Below, in pieces: positions 37,290 through 52,552 of a DNA stretch of 64,000 bases. This DNA is from Ruditapes philippinarum (Eukaryota). The notes under the pieces were generated by a model. It saw nothing but the letters and a program-made list of their open reading frames with translations. It was not told the origin of the DNA and did no database searches. Numbering within the stretch: position 1 is the first letter of the stretch; every line of letters starts with the position of its first letter. Position numbers and translations under genes: made by a program. The stretch spans positions 1 to 64,000 of the forward strand of contig NW_026853995.1 in NCBI RefSeq assembly GCF_026571515.1, given 5' to 3'.

Positions 37290-38487
37290 TTAGAAAAAAA
37301 AAGAAACATTATTGGTTGTGTCTCCAGTGCTCAAGTACTATCTGAAACTCTGACATAACCATTCGTCTGATTGCGTCTAGATAAACACATAACGTGTCAA
37401 TAGCCCATCTTCAGTATTACGCTTTTAAATGGTTTTGAACTTTTGAATGGCAAGTCGTGATGATTGTGACAAGCAACTCATGAAAAGGAAAATTAAAACA
37501 TGAATAAGTTTCTAGTCAGAATTAAAGTTGAATTGCCATGGCAACGAGAAACTAAATTAAATTGACATAAATATTGACATACATATTGCAGTCATAATGT
37601 CAGTAAAGGATAGCTCTTTGTTGCACATTGACACATTAATGGCCTAAGCGCGCTGGACGTAAATGTCTTAGTAAAATTATGTCATATGATATACTATTAG
37701 AAATAATTGCACAAAAACGATCGGAGTATTTATTTCAAACTTACCCAATTTTTCTATTAATATCAAAATCGTTTGATAAAACTGTTAGCATAACCGATTC
37801 ATTTTAATATTTTATCTTATTTTTACAAAGATACTTTAACACCACATTCAGTATTTAATGATGTTTAATTTGGCTATACAACTATTAAAAATGATCAAAA
37901 TATAAAAGGAATAGTTTTCTTTTACTCAAATACATTTTAAGAAGAAAGCATCATTTTAAGGAGAAAATGTATATTTGCCTGTTTTCTTTCCCTTTCAAAT
38001 AACAAAATTATCAAATATGTGACCTGAAGACATGAACAGTAAAATTGAATGGCATATTTTTTTAAGCTATTGCAATGTCGAAATGACTTTTAAAAGCTTA
38101 CAATAACTAAATTTGTTGTAATAGGCAAACAAAGAGACAGAAATGTAAACAAAAGATATTAACTTGCTCTAGATAGCTATCAAGGGAATATTATTTCATA
38201 TTATTATAATATCGCCGTATATTTCTATGTTTTTGGTAGTGTGTCAAACAAGACATATCTTTAAAAACACAATTAAAACAGTGCTTTATTTTTTAACTGT
38301 TCTTTGTTGTTCTTTTTAAAGGTTTGGACTTATCCTTACTATTTGATCCGATGAATTATTTCATTCGGTCTCTTGGTAAATACAGTTCCCTATAACATAC
38401 TCTTTACCTTTTAACAAAAATACCTCAATTTAACGACAAACATTGTATAAAATTATGTATATTCAAATTAACTGCAAAATATACTAA
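37290..38487. other. ~1.2-kb segment present only in copy 2 (insertion, or deletion in copy 1)
   Basis: Flanks ttttgtac and cttaagataaat are adjacent at ~10430. Confidence 0.65.
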
Positions 38488-38911
38488 CTTAAGATAAATC
38501 TAGACAATGGAGATACGCGGTCTTATCAATAGGGTTCGCTCTAATATCAGTTTAAACAATGCCTGCAATTGATTCCGCTCTAGGTGTGATAGCGGATAAA
38601 ATGTTTGTTTATCCAATTCCCTCGCGATTATTGCACAGGAAATATGGAGTTAATCACCTGCTAGGGTATCAACGACCGTTTGAGAAGCTTTTAACAAGCC
38701 GACCAAAAGCTTCTTATCACTCTGGCTCAGCTTTGAAGATCATAAGCTTTAATTAATTAGTTAATTATAATTTTTTTGTGTTCACAATATTACACAGTTG
38801 ATATTGTAGTCCTTTTGCGAATTTTATATCCTGTACGCACCTGTTAAGGAAACGTCCATCGATAAACTTTTATATTCACGGGTAGTATTAATTTAAAAAT
38901 ATTTGGTTTGA

Positions 38912-39823
38912 CATTATATAAATAACACATGGGTTTGTGGGTAACAGTAAAAATATCCTCCCGAGAAAAATACTGTTACCCGAGGGATGATGTTTTAACT
39001 GTTACCCACAAACCCATGTGTAAATTATTTTATTATCCCGAACAAACACTGTGATGGTTTGTATTGGTAAACTAAATCTAACTGTAACAAAAAAAACCCA
39101 AGAGTACCAATAACAAAACTGTCCTTACCGTGTATTGTAGGCCTACTTGAAAAGCTGTTTTTCTTTTATTGTTTAAGCAAGTGATGATATCTACCAGTCA
39201 TAAACATACAATAAGCTGTGTTTTATTGTGAAAACAAAACAAAACACTTACCCATTTATAAGGTTATGATCTGTGAAATCTGATCCTTGTGTATCCAGAA
39301 TATGCTTCGCATGGTTTTTGACAAAGTGCATTCACAAAATAACGATGATATCCTACAGATGTCTGTCCACCAACTCTATCGGTTAAAACTGCTACATAAA
39401 TCTTTGTTCCATGCTTTAATCGTCTGCATGTTCCAGTTGTACACAAAATTATTCACATTACAATTACGTCCGTTGAAAACGGATGTTTACTTTTGACTAT
39501 TCAACAAAAATATATTTTATACGCGAAAAGAACTCTACAGTAGGGTGCAAAGAACTAAATTTTATGAGAGTTATGAGAGTTACTTTGGCGATGCCCTAGG
39601 CCCTATCGTCGAAAATAAGAATGAATCGAGAGAAAAATGGCGGCAATTTTATTTCTTTTTATTTAGAAATAGACCACCAGATTTTATACAGTTAAACAAT
39701 ACTGTTACCTATGTAACAGTACAAAATTCTTAGTCACGTGGTACACAGGCATTAACAGTAAGAATAACTCCCAGAGGCCTATGGGAAATTAACATTACGA
39801 TAAAAGTGAGGGGTAATAAGTTT
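38912..39823. mobile_element. Hairpin-ended non-autonomous element (long palindrome 38925-39021, small palindrome 39700-39721)
   Basis: Arms acacatgggtttgtgggtaacagt / actgttacccacaaacccatgtgt; absent at the paralogous site ~11110. Confidence 0.75.
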
Positions 39824-40465
39824 AATATATATGTCCGAACCCTCAAATTGCAATTATTAAGGTGGCCATTTGTTTAATTACTAAGTGCGATACGTACAAT
39901 TAAATGCCGATGAAAGTTATTGTATAATATAAACAACAGACACAACATGAAGATAAAAGAATTTCATGTGAAATTTAACAAGGTTTTATGCTATTAACTA
40001 GACGTCACTACTAATTTATCAGATGATAATGATACTTAAAGACTTGCATATTTCCTTTCTTGTTATTTCCTGTTGTCATGAAGACAGACAAGAATAAGTT
40101 CAGATTAAGGTCAAGCAAGAATATACTTTATAAAGTTTCTTATATAAAAGCATCAATGCTCATATATGTTCGTGTATACAAGTTATATTTAGATAAAAAC
40201 TAATTATTATTCAAATATTTAAACTATTATCAGTAACCAGTATAATTTTGATTCAATAAAAGTGAACAACTTAAAGCAACAAGAAAATAACATGTTTGAC
40301 ACAATGTATTTATAATTCATTTCATAGATTCTAGCAATTTGTTTTGAATTATCATTTCCCAAGTTTTATAATAATTTTTATAAGGCACTTTGGCGTACAA
40401 ATTGTAACACTTGCTTTATACTATTAAACATACTTTAATAAAGCATCTGTTTCTACAGAACTGTT

Positions 40466-41179
40466 GTTAATTTCATCTAATTTTTGTTTGATAAACTTTA
40501 TATAACGTCATTATGACGTCATAACGCCATGACGTCATAAACTTCCTTGGCAACGTCAGTATTATTATAATCAAGTTACTTTGTTGATTGTGATCATACA
40601 TTAAGGGAAATAGAGAATACCAAACTAGTGTCTGATATTATAAAATTTATCAGGCAAGGCTAAGAAAAAAAATGAAGAACGAGGCTCTGCCGAGCTCTTC
40701 ATTTTTTTTCGTGCCGAGCCTGATCAATTTTATAATATTAGACACTTGTTTGGTATTCTATTTATCATGTTTTTAATTTCAATTGTTGTTTGATTTTTTT
40801 TATTTTAATTGAAGCAAAACCCTATCCAGAACCTATTCAGACGGCGCGCAATAATATGTGAAATGTCAAATCAAAAAGAAATAGTCCCGAATGTTTTAGT
40901 TAATTGTAAGTGACGCGTTCATATTCAAAATTTCTATTTGATTCAAAGTTTATCAGTTAAATATTTCCAACCCAGTAGCAGGAAAATATATTCCATTCTT
41001 TTTATTTCATTTCGCAAATTTCGCATATTTTTGATGAGGTGTCTGATAAAGCTTGGGGTGACTGATAAAGCTAGGTTTATCAGGCATGCACTTTATCAAC
41101 AGAAATCAATGTAATGACATGATAAATATATTTATTTGGTGTTTGCGTAGCATTAATCAGGTGTTGAATTTAACTTAAC
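40466..41179. mobile_element. Insertion flanked by an aactgtt direct repeat, containing a ~150-bp palindrome (40608-40765)
   Basis: Absent at ~11740; arms agaataccaaactagtgtctgatattataaaatt.. / ..aattttataatattagacacttgtttggtattct around cgaggctctgccgag. Confidence 0.78.
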
Positions 41180-44100
41180 AACTGTTTTCATTTTACTCTT
41201 CGCACAGGGAATATTCTGTTTTCCAGCAACTTTAATAAGGATAGCATGATTGGAAACGGTCTGTGTACAACAAAATGTTATACAGGTATGTTTTATCAAC
41301 ACAACACGCTGAATTTATAGAGCACGTCTCATTTATTTTTGTGTACATGTACGTAAAATCGTAAATACGTATTTCAACCCTTCTTTAGATAGTATAGAAT
41401 TATGGATTGCTAATTATAAGCACATTTCCGGAAAGTTTATGAAAATATGTTTCTATCTAGCTGAATCAAATATGGGTCGTAAATATGATCAACCTAGATT
41501 TTATGTTACTAGTAGACTACCCAACGTTTAACTCAAAATATTCTTTCATTCACACATATGTTTCAAAATCATTTTATAGAATTTTGATAATTTATTGACG
41601 TAAATATAAAGAGTTAAGTCACTCCATGTGAATTTGCGTTTTATCGTATTAAGCAATCTACTTCATGCTTCCCTTTGGTCACTTTGTCAAACACTCTTCT
41701 TGAGTTTGATGGTAAAGTTTTTACAATAATTCTTTAACGTATAATGAAAAGACTTGACACGTTTATCGATAAAATTATCATTAGTTTAATATCGAACAAC
41801 AAAATAAATGACATCTTATCTGCATTCAGACATTTAAAGGACATGATGAAAATGCACCTCTTTGATATTGGCGTTGCTCGATGGCTGCGGTTAAGTGTCT
41901 AACTAAAACTAGGTTATATGTTATCAGTAAGAAATGATAATGAATAAAAAAACCAAAGAGCTTTTGAGTATTTTGCTTTACTTCAGGTGCGTTCTGAAAG
42001 ACGAAACGCATTTAATTTACCCTGAGCATCAGGAATCCTGTTTGGGTTCACGTAATTGTGGATATCTCATTTATCGACATATTGCTTAATACAGCGTCTC
42101 GCTCGTCTGCCATGAACACACTCATTTCATTTACAGTACTGTTTCAAATTCATTTCAAGTATTATTATGATCATTCATTTCCCTAATTGTAAAGTATTTG
42201 TTGCCATTTCAATATTCATTATATTATATGATCTTTTTATTCTAGCCTTTCCTTCAAGTTTATTTGATAACTCATGATAAGAATGTAATGATTGTAAGCG
42301 TAATTCACATTTTCGAAAATTTTCTTTGTCGTATTCAGCAAGCTGTTATTATGTTTGCCCCTTATGAAACACAATTTCTGTGTTTGTTGTGTATTTTTAG
42401 TATTTTATCCTTAAATTGACAAGTTGTGACAAGGAGTTTTAGAAAATAATCTTAAGTTAAATAACGAACACGACAAAACTGACACCCAATCTGTATATAT
42501 TTAAAGGACGAAAGAAAATTAGGACAAGAAAGGGCCTTCACGTGTTTTGTTTTACTGAAGTTGCGTTTTGAGAAAAACAAATCATTAAACTGAATAAATA
42601 TTGCTGATTTCTTAAAAAAAGTCATCATGTCTCATATATTAACAGTTCGCTCAACGGATATGATAGATGTATATACATGTATTAGTTTTTTAATATATAA
42701 GCTAATCCTTGCAACTATTCTTGTACAGATAACCCAGTGTTCAAGATAAAGGCAACGTTCGTAATGTAAAAACAGACTGCTTTGAAAAGAAAAAAATACA
42801 CAATATGAATATCAACGGTTTAGAAACCCTTTTACAAACAAACTGGTAAATGATAAAATGTTGTGCTTTTTTAATGATTGCAAACAATTCTACTTTTAAT
42901 TATTGAATTGTATTAATTCTAGATTATATCAGATTACACCCGGTAAATAATGCATCCCTTAAGGCAGTATAATAATGCTTGATTAATTATGTAGTAGGAA
43001 CAAGTATTTAATATATATAAAAAATGAATCAAATGTAACTAAAATAGGAAGTGTCTCACTATTGCCTCCCTTTAATTAGATGACATATAAATTCGGTAAA
43101 TTAATATGCTTTTTGGAACATTTTGAGGAGTGTAACCTTATTCCTTACCATATCATGCGAGTCATTTAGGATATCTTGTCTTTTTGCATTAAACAGTTGC
43201 CTATGAATTACTTTTAACACATTTACCTTAAACGTATGAATGTCAGTATCGCAAGTTATTTCAAAGTGTGAGATATTTTTAGACAAAACGAAAGGTGTTC
43301 TTATGGTCAGGCGACCTTATCGATAATGTCCCTAATAAACTTGTCATCTAAAATAAGATTATCTAAAATTGACAAAACAGTGTATGTGGAATGGCAGCAG
43401 ATGAATGTTTTGTTTATCTGATTCTCGCGCAGTTATTGTAAAGGAAGTATGCAATTAATTATCTGCTAGAGTATCAACGACCGCTTGTACAAGCTTTTAA
43501 CAAGCCGATCAAAAGCTTCTTATCACACTGGCTCAGCTTTGAAGATTAGAACATATTAGAAGCCTTAATTAATCTATTAAGTAACAGAGAATTGTGGTAC
43601 CAATAAAACAATGTTATGTTTCTAATTTAGCTTTGTTATGCATTATCGGAACTCCATTTAGGTTTAATTAAATTTTATAAAGTATGCTTTGAGAGAAGTA
43701 AAACAAAAAACATTATCTAGAACATCGATGTTTCCGTTTAATCAAAATATCTTGCCTCAAATATTAATAATAATTAATAAAAATTAATTTTTTATGTTAT
43801 ATTTCAGCAATTAAACCATTTATTGAACTTCAATTATTGCACAGAAAAAAAGAACGTACATTATAAATGCAAGAAAAATGTCAAATAATAAATATTAATA
43901 AAAAATGAATATTATAATACTGTTGTACTGAAATTATAAAAGTATGAAGACGGAATTTAATTGTCTTTTTGTCAACCTGTTTTAATACGGAAAAAACCAT
44001 ATCAAACGATAACATTCGACAAAACTTATCAAAAATATGTCTAACGTTAAAATAACCGGAAATAATCACGTCTTGGGGCATGTCGATTCTTTCATAAAGA

Positions 44101-47100
44101 ACTTATTAAAAGTGCAACACAAAAGCATTAACTATTGATTTTGTTCATGTTTAAGGGCTCACTCTGTTTTTGTTCAACAAGTCAATGAAATGATGAATGC
44201 TTGAAAATGTTAACAAGAACCAGACTAAGAAAGAACAAACAAATGTATCCCCCGAGGCCATACACTAATGTTTGATTAAGTCTATAAAAAATAGTTTATT
44301 CCACAGACGTGTGTGTAAACCTTGACAGCGATATTTGGACTATATGATCAACAAAATGTATACATGTGCACTAGAGAGTTATGAGACGGGATAGCATCTT
44401 TATCTGACCTGACACGTTCTGTATGCGCTTACTTAATACAGAAGTACTAGTAAGTGAACCTTTTTAATAGAGTTGAAAATTTTCAAGAACTATCTTTAAA
44501 AAAGATAATCGACCGAAGAAAAAAGTGTCAACTTGCATATGTTAGCTTCTTAGTCCATGCAAAGTCATATATAAATGTTGGCATAGCATAGCTTGCATAA
44601 CATTGACGTATCAAATTCTTGTAAGGTTAGTAATCTTGTGAAATAGAACAATTTAAGATGTATGTGTTTCTTAACAAACCTGTGACATTTCGGTAGTGAA
44701 CTCAATTTCTAACACCAACATCTACACAGTCGGGAAAGCAGTTTTTGATACACAATATTTGATTAATATGCAAAAATATATAAAAGTTATAAAGTTTAAC
44801 ATACATCAATTGAACACATCAATAATCATATAATACATAAAAACATTTAATGAACATCATTAACAAAGAGTACCTGATAAGTTCTGATATTATTCTCATT
44901 ATTTTGGACATAATTTAAAACTCAGATCTGCAGTAAAATAAACCAAGTAAGTTCTTACCAAACATAAACAGTTCACTAATAAATGTAATGATATCTGAAT
45001 GCAAGAAGTATTGTTAAGCATAACTTAAATTTCTGAGCAATTTAACTAGAAAGTTAAAGAACTGTCTTGTACATATTGCTTAAGAACTATCCTTTACATT
45101 TTATTTCATAATGGCAAAAACTATATCTTACATTTTAGTTAAGAACTGTTCTTTACATCTTATTTTAGAATTGCAAATGAGATTCTAAGATTTCATTTTG
45201 TAATTTTAAAAAGACCAATGAAAATTCTTCTTACATTCAGATCTTCCCTGTAAATTTAACAGGAAATAAAGTGCAAATCTAAACGATCTTATTGCTGACG
45301 AATGTCATCTCAATCGACAAGTCAACCTAGAACTTAACATTTACGGACCATTACCTACACACTTAATTTTAATAGCAACTATTTTATAACACCGTTCTTT
45401 TTCCTTAGATGAGTTTTTTCCCTGTTATCATTCCAAACTCATTTGTTCTCCCAAATTAAATTTATTCTTCGTAATCCTGTTTTCTACTCCACTAAGTCCG
45501 ACACCTAATTATCTAGAATTCTCCAGAGAACAAGGTATAACCTTATCAATCTTCAGTTTTCTTAAAGTGAATATTAGATCTTCTCACGATATTTGGGAAA
45601 GATATCTATGTATTAGTATTATATGTTAATATATGAAAATATGTTATATAAGTCGATTTTCAACAATTTTACATGTACTACATCAACTTAAACAAATTAT
45701 AAACTTGCAAATAGTGTTGTGTATGTTTTCAAACTATTTGCAAGGAATTTAAGACCATAAAAAAATAGTAGTTAAATCCTATTTAAAATGTTTACATTTA
45801 GTTGCACCCATAAACCTTAATTGAAAGTACAAAATTTGTCAATATTACTTCAATAAGAAAACACAGCCGGATAAAAAAAAACACTTAGATTATTGTCTTT
45901 AAAAGAGAAATGGTTTTCTAAAATAACCACATTCTTCTTGATACTGTATTCAACATGAAAATCGAATCGACTGTTTGAGCGTTTATAAATCAGTAATATC
46001 AGGTGTACGACATGTTGAAAGTTCCTGTAGCAACAATGAAGCTCCTATCGGCGACTTTGAAAATAAAGTATTCTAAGCATTATAATAAAGATGTTTTACG
46101 TGTTTTACTTTTGTTAAAGTTGAAACGTTGTTTTGATTTTTTTTGCGAAACAAAACTTATTGGAAACAAATCTTACCGGACAGAAACGAAATAAACATTA
46201 TTTTGTCTGCATTCAGTTTTCTAACTTACATTGTCTGAAATTACACACACAAAAAATACACAACTGAAAAAAGATGGGTTTTCCCAACATGTACTCTCTC
46301 AAACCATGCATTGCGCTCGTCCTTGTTATCAGTGTTATTATGCATTTGATTTAGTGTGTCTTCATATATACAACAACCATATCATATTTCACGTAATTTC
46401 CTGTCTGCAAAAAACATATCATAAATTTTGAGCATTCGTATTTTGTAAATAATCTTTTTAAGTATTTCCTTGTACGAAAATGTCAATCCAAGATAAGACA
46501 AAGGTTCTAGAATATCATAATATTTATCTTATCACCTTGACTACAGAAAATTGATTCTTATAGCCTCAGCTTATTTGTTAGAAGGGTCAATTTTGACCGA
46601 TAACAGCAATGAGGTATATTTCGTAAATATATTATCACTAATAGTATGTTTTATAAAATTTTAAGCAAATTGAACAGTAAGGCTGATAATAGTGTTAGCA
46701 TTTTAAACAAAAGAAGCATCAGATACACTTCACATTAGCAGGTCAAAATGTTAACATGTTATATCTCTTTTGTTGTTGTTGTTTTTGTTGCTCTTTGAAC
46801 ATTTCATGCCACATTGTAATAATAACCAGATTAGTATAGATTGCTCTCTTCGATCGCTATTGTGTCTATAACTTGCTATAAAGTAGAAGATGCACTCTAG
46901 ATAAAACAATAATTTCAGAATATTGAATTTAATTCGCATTATTAAGTTATGTTTTATCTGGCAAATATTTTATTTCTTTTCATTGGATTATGACTTTATA
47001 TCATAAATAACATGTTATATCGTTCCATGACTGAGTCATTAATGTCGTTGACTTCAATCAACTTGCGCCTCACTTCGGGTTTCAATCAAGGAAGTCAAGG

Positions 47101-50100
47101 ACACATATCAATGTTATTGTATAATCAAAATATATATATATCTCGCCCAAAGCAATATCCCGTTCACCATAAACAAATCTATTTTAAAATAATCAATTTA
47201 AATGTCTATTTAATCTGGCAAGTGTGTTTCCTTAAAGTATGTTCGCTTAATAGTTTAAAAACCATTTCATCAGTTTGTGAAAATATAAATGTTATTTAAT
47301 GATATATCTAACATTAAGCTTTTTGTTTTTTTTCTAGTAGTATTTTAATTTTTCATAATTTGTCTGTTATATCAAATGGTACAAAATTGTACATTAAGCA
47401 CTGTCTCAGGATTATGCATTATGTGGAACAACGTCCGAAAATTTGGACACTTCAATGTTAAACTTTGAGGAAAAAGGCAAAATACAGGTATATTTTGCTT
47501 TAATGCACACGTCAAACTTCGTTAAACAATAATATAAATGCTCGTATATAATTCCAAGAACGTGGCAAAGACATGATAAATAAGCTTCCCCTGAGTCAGT
47601 TTCATAATGACTGATTATGTCTATTGATATGGATTATCGCCAGACGTCCATGCAGACGTTAAGAAAGAGAGAGATATGGCCAATATGATGAGTAAAATGA
47701 GAATAAGTAGAATAAAACATGTGCACTTTTAACTGCAGACACTATCTTTATGTCAAAAGCCTTTGAAAGTTTGTTTTCGACAAGTGCTTTTTTATGATAT
47801 GAATTATCACAACGACTTTGCACTTTAATAAATAAATATAAACAACTGTATGAACTGGACTGATCAGAATGCTTAAACTCCTATCTGAGGACGAAATAAA
47901 AACTTATCTATGTTTATGCGAAAATGTCAACCAAAGATCTAAGACGTGAGTCATGACTTAGAACTATGTTAATTACTGAATCCTTATCCTTACCTAATTC
48001 CTTGTTTTGTTTATGCTTTGTTTTATATATTTAAACTAATCTTTGAAATGGAAATCATTATCAATTTTTTAGTGCAAACGTATTTAATGGACAAGTCAAT
48101 GACTGCAGTATAATACAAAATGCACAACGTTGGTATTATTAATGTAAAGTAAAATACAAAACATAAACTGTGATCCATAGTGACATGCCAATATATCAGT
48201 TAGGTTGTATCTTTTCTATAACGGTTATTTCAAAAACCAAATTAAAAAAACGTGTCTTTAAACCATAATAAAGATGTTAGATAAACTCAACGACGCAAAG
48301 AATACGCAATATGATAATACGATAGCCAGTTAAAACAATTGTCTAAAAAAACGCTCATAGCTGACCGTATACTGGCTAGTAAATATCCCGTCAGAAACAG
48401 ACAATTCTACAAGCAAATCTACCATTAAAAATGAACGGACCATTGCCTACAACAATCATTCCAATTGTATCTTGCTTTATTACACCCTAATTGACAAGCA
48501 CCCTAGATTTGTTACCACTTGTTGTCACTTAAATCTCTCAGTTCTCTCCAAATTAAATTTATTTGATGTAATCAAATATTCTTCTCTACATTTTCTTACA
48601 ATTAATCATATAAGATTGCTCTGAGAGCAAAGCATTACGTTCTTTTTCTTATATAGAAAAATCAGTTCTTATTTAAATATAAAACATACGAAAGATATAT
48701 GTATTTATGTTGCAATGTCTATGTTATTCGCACAAACCGTTGAACTATGACAAATCTAGAAATATGATGTATTCCACAAGTTATATGAAAAAAAAAACAA
48801 CATAATTTTTGTCACCCAGCCCTACCATAACCCGCCCATCCCTATTTACTGCGGTATTTTATAAAATCAAGGGAAAATATTTCATTTCGGTAGAATAGTG
48901 TTATATAAAGTACATAAAGTAAATGATAAACATGAATAATCTTATCGATATTGCGTAAAAAGGTAAAATATTTTGACGGCAATTTATCAAATTTTGCTCA
49001 ATATACGTGCATCAGACGATTTTGACTTTTTTGTACAATCAAATTTATCAAATGATCGTGAACGCGCTAAAAGAAATATTTCAATACTTTTGACATTAAT
49101 GTATTTGTGTGATTTATCTGTAACTGTGTTGAACTAGCTGTCATAAGTGTAGCTGGATAAATATATTCCCTGTAAAAAAACCATTTTATGAATTAGTTTT
49201 CGAAACGGTTTGTTAACACATTGTCATGAATGTTTATTATAAGAAGAAAACAATGCAACATAAGAATTATTTTTTGTGAGATCAATATTACTATGAAGAC
49301 AAACCGAAAAGGTGTAGATTATAATTCAAGCCCATATTGTAAAACAAAATCACCGACTATCCCATTTCTTGCACAAAGAAATGGTTCATCGGTGTAAAAA
49401 TGTCGAAAGTTTTATATTTCCTGACTTTACATATGGATTTATCTTTATGTTTTGGTCGACATGCTTATGTGTTTGATGAGCCCCACCTAGTGTTTAAGCA
49501 CCCTTAGTGCAAACGATACGTTGCTTTCTACTTGAAAAATGATAACCCTGTGAAACACAAAATATTTGTATTTCTTTGCAGTTAATATGGCTTTGATAGT
49601 GAAATGGCCAAATCTGATTTTTCTACAATACACCTTTATTCTGACTGGCTATCTTCCATGTGTATAAGTACTAAACTAATAACTAGACTGTTAATGAAGA
49701 CTTGAAGATGAATTCGGTATATTATAATTTTAACATTAACCATTATTTCCTGACATGATACTTATTTCCTTAACAATTTTAAAAACAAACACACATTTTG
49801 TTAAGTAGTTCCTTGTAGAAATTACTGATAAGATTACACATGTCCTATAAAATCACCTTGACAAATGAAGAATGGATCGTAGAGCATTTAATTATTTGTA
49901 TGATTAATAAGTTATGCTACCACATAATAGAGATAGGTCAATTTTGAAGCCCACATCACATAGCAACAATGACATTCAACATTGAATTTCAAAAACAGCT
50001 ACATAGAATACAAAGGAATACAAATTCGTCCATATAAATATACTCAACCGTTATAAAAGTATTTTTTTGCATTACGTTATGATAAGAAATGAAACTAACA

Positions 50101-52089
50101 CGCTATGATCTTGCAAGTCCTGATAAATAGGTATATGTAAAATTAATGCGTGACAACGCTCTTATTGACTCTGAACTAATCTGTTATTTTGAAATGAACA
50201 CAATTTAGAATCTTTAACTTGCCATTGTGGCAACTTTCAAACGACCAATCGGATAATATTTTCCTTTAAACTACCATATTATTTCTCACGGACATTTCTT
50301 GCTGTTGCATACAGAAATGCCGTACATTGCAAATCAGTAAGGAAGCACAATGTAAAGTAAAATTAATATTATTTAATACATCTATATCAATCATACATAT
50401 ATAAGAAAGCAGCAACTTATAAAATCGTTTTTATGATATAAAAAGCTGTAGGTCCCTCTTGGAAATTTTTTATAGCATGTTACGTGGTAAAATAATAGAA
50501 TTAACAATATATCAATTTTATAATTATGATAACTCGCAAAATCGTTAATTAAAATTGTACACAATGATATATAAACATTTATAATTTAATGAAGTAACGA
50601 TTATAAATTTAGTAATATTGACTTAGCTTGAGGCTATATATACAGTATTTTGTTTGGTAATCGTCTTTTAAATATTGTTTTTCTCCGAATATATTACAAA
50701 TGTAACTATACATCCATGCTTGTCGTTGAGTGATAATCAAGTTCTAGTTTAATCTAGACATTAAAAAGTCAAATTAATAAAGGTATGTTAAAATAGTTTT
50801 GATTGATGATTGCTTAAGGTGTATTTCTGTTTGAATCGTAAATAGGCAATCTCATTTAATTATAACATTACTCGCAAATGTATTTCTCAGAGCCCGGTAA
50901 AGAAGCGATAAATATGCATCCCCTGGGGCAGAATTATAACGCTGGATCAAACCTACCATTATACATTCGTTCACAGTCAATTGGAAAATGAACGGTCTTT
51001 TTAACCCTGTGTAGAGCAGGAAGAACTTTCGGATATTGTAATGTGACAACGGATCTGCACATTAACAATAACTCAATCGTCATTTGACTTGTACTGATTT
51101 TAATATTGAAGACAAAAGTTATGATCTTGCGAATGTATTAACACTTGTTTCATATAATAGTCTTGGCAGTAAATATTTTTCATTCATATATCTTTATTAT
51201 AATAGTATATAACGATTTCCAATTTGTAATCACGTCCTATAAATGAACAAGCTGAACTTATAGAATTATTCCAAACGCATAAAATTTATATTATTAAGTC
51301 TAGATATAAGTAAATAAGTGCTAATTTAATTCGTGCTTTTTAAACATTTATTATAAATTGTACTGCTGTATTGCTTTGTGAATAAAATATGTTCAAATAC
51401 AATCCATTTCGTCTCTTAACATGGATGTGAATCACAATGCTACATGTAAAGCTGTCTAGGGCACATAAAATCACACAGTGTATGGTTATAAATATCAAAA
51501 CAACTTTCAGTGTTCCTCATTTTAAGCGGAACAATAAATGCTCAATGGCATTTCAGAAACAAAAATCTCACATAGGGAAACCTCTAAATAATATTATACA
51601 GACAATTACATCCCAGTCTTATTTATATGGCATCGACGTTGCATAATTTAGTAATTGACAATCTCCCTTATAAAACGTACTTTTAAATTTCACAAGATCA
51701 AGAAAACAACTTTGAAATGTTTTTTTGGATTGTCATAAGGTAAAAACATAGTAAAATATGAAAAATTAAGGCAGTCTAAGAATACTCCTAATCCTAAGTC
51801 TCAATACTGAAGGCTAGAATATCTGGAGACTCCTCGTATAAGTATTAATGGTTGTTTATTTCTCTGTATTGTTTACAATTTGGTCGTTAAACCTAAGTAT
51901 CACACAGAAGAATTATGACCCTTTCGACCTAGGCGTCATGATCGTCTTTTTGATATGTTTTGAATTATGGATATACTATTCTCATCTTTGAGTAAAATAC
52001 TTAAATCATTATTATGTTAACATGTGCACGAGTCAATAATTTGTAGAGACTATCGGTTTACATGTTACGTTCATTCATAGTTCATTCAT

Positions 52090-52552
52090 AGTAAGAGCTT
52101 TTCATATTGTACTGTTTTGAACATTAAGACGTGTCTAGTGTCAAGGCATGGCTTGCATTCATATGCTGGAATACACTCATAACCTTTTTTATCACATAAA
52201 CCGCGGCGCAGGAGTGTAATAAAGCCATTTAATAAAAACGATATTACACTAGTGTAATAACACTTTGACGTGACGTCATTTGCCTTATATATAAACATAG
52301 CTTAAAGCGCGCTAATGTTAGCGTTACACTATAAACGCGTGGTTGAAAAATTGCTCATTTTAACAGTTTAATGTTCTTAATTTATGTATGTGATAAAAAG
52401 AAAATTATATTCGTGTATATTCAATACTAAATTTATTGAACTCGTTGAATAAAACAATATTATGCTCGCCAGAGGCTCCCATAATATGATTTTATTCAAC
52501 TCGTTCAATAAATTTAGTATTAAACTACACTCATTCAATATCCTCTATATAT
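52090..52552. mobile_element. Hairpin-ended element (palindrome 52413-52530)
   Basis: aatactaaatttattgaac..gttgaataaaa..atattatg / cataatat..ttttattcaac..gttcaataaatttagtatt around ctcgccagaggctc; small palindrome ttacactagtgtaa at ~52244; left boundary approximate. Confidence 0.65.

Noticed and set aside
37533-37545. RFX X-box-like ttgccatggcaac
   Set aside because: A single site inside a copy-specific segment of probable TE origin; no support for function.
38559-38756. 65-aa ORF over module C as a small gene
   Set aside because: The three homologous copies have indels and stops that break this frame.
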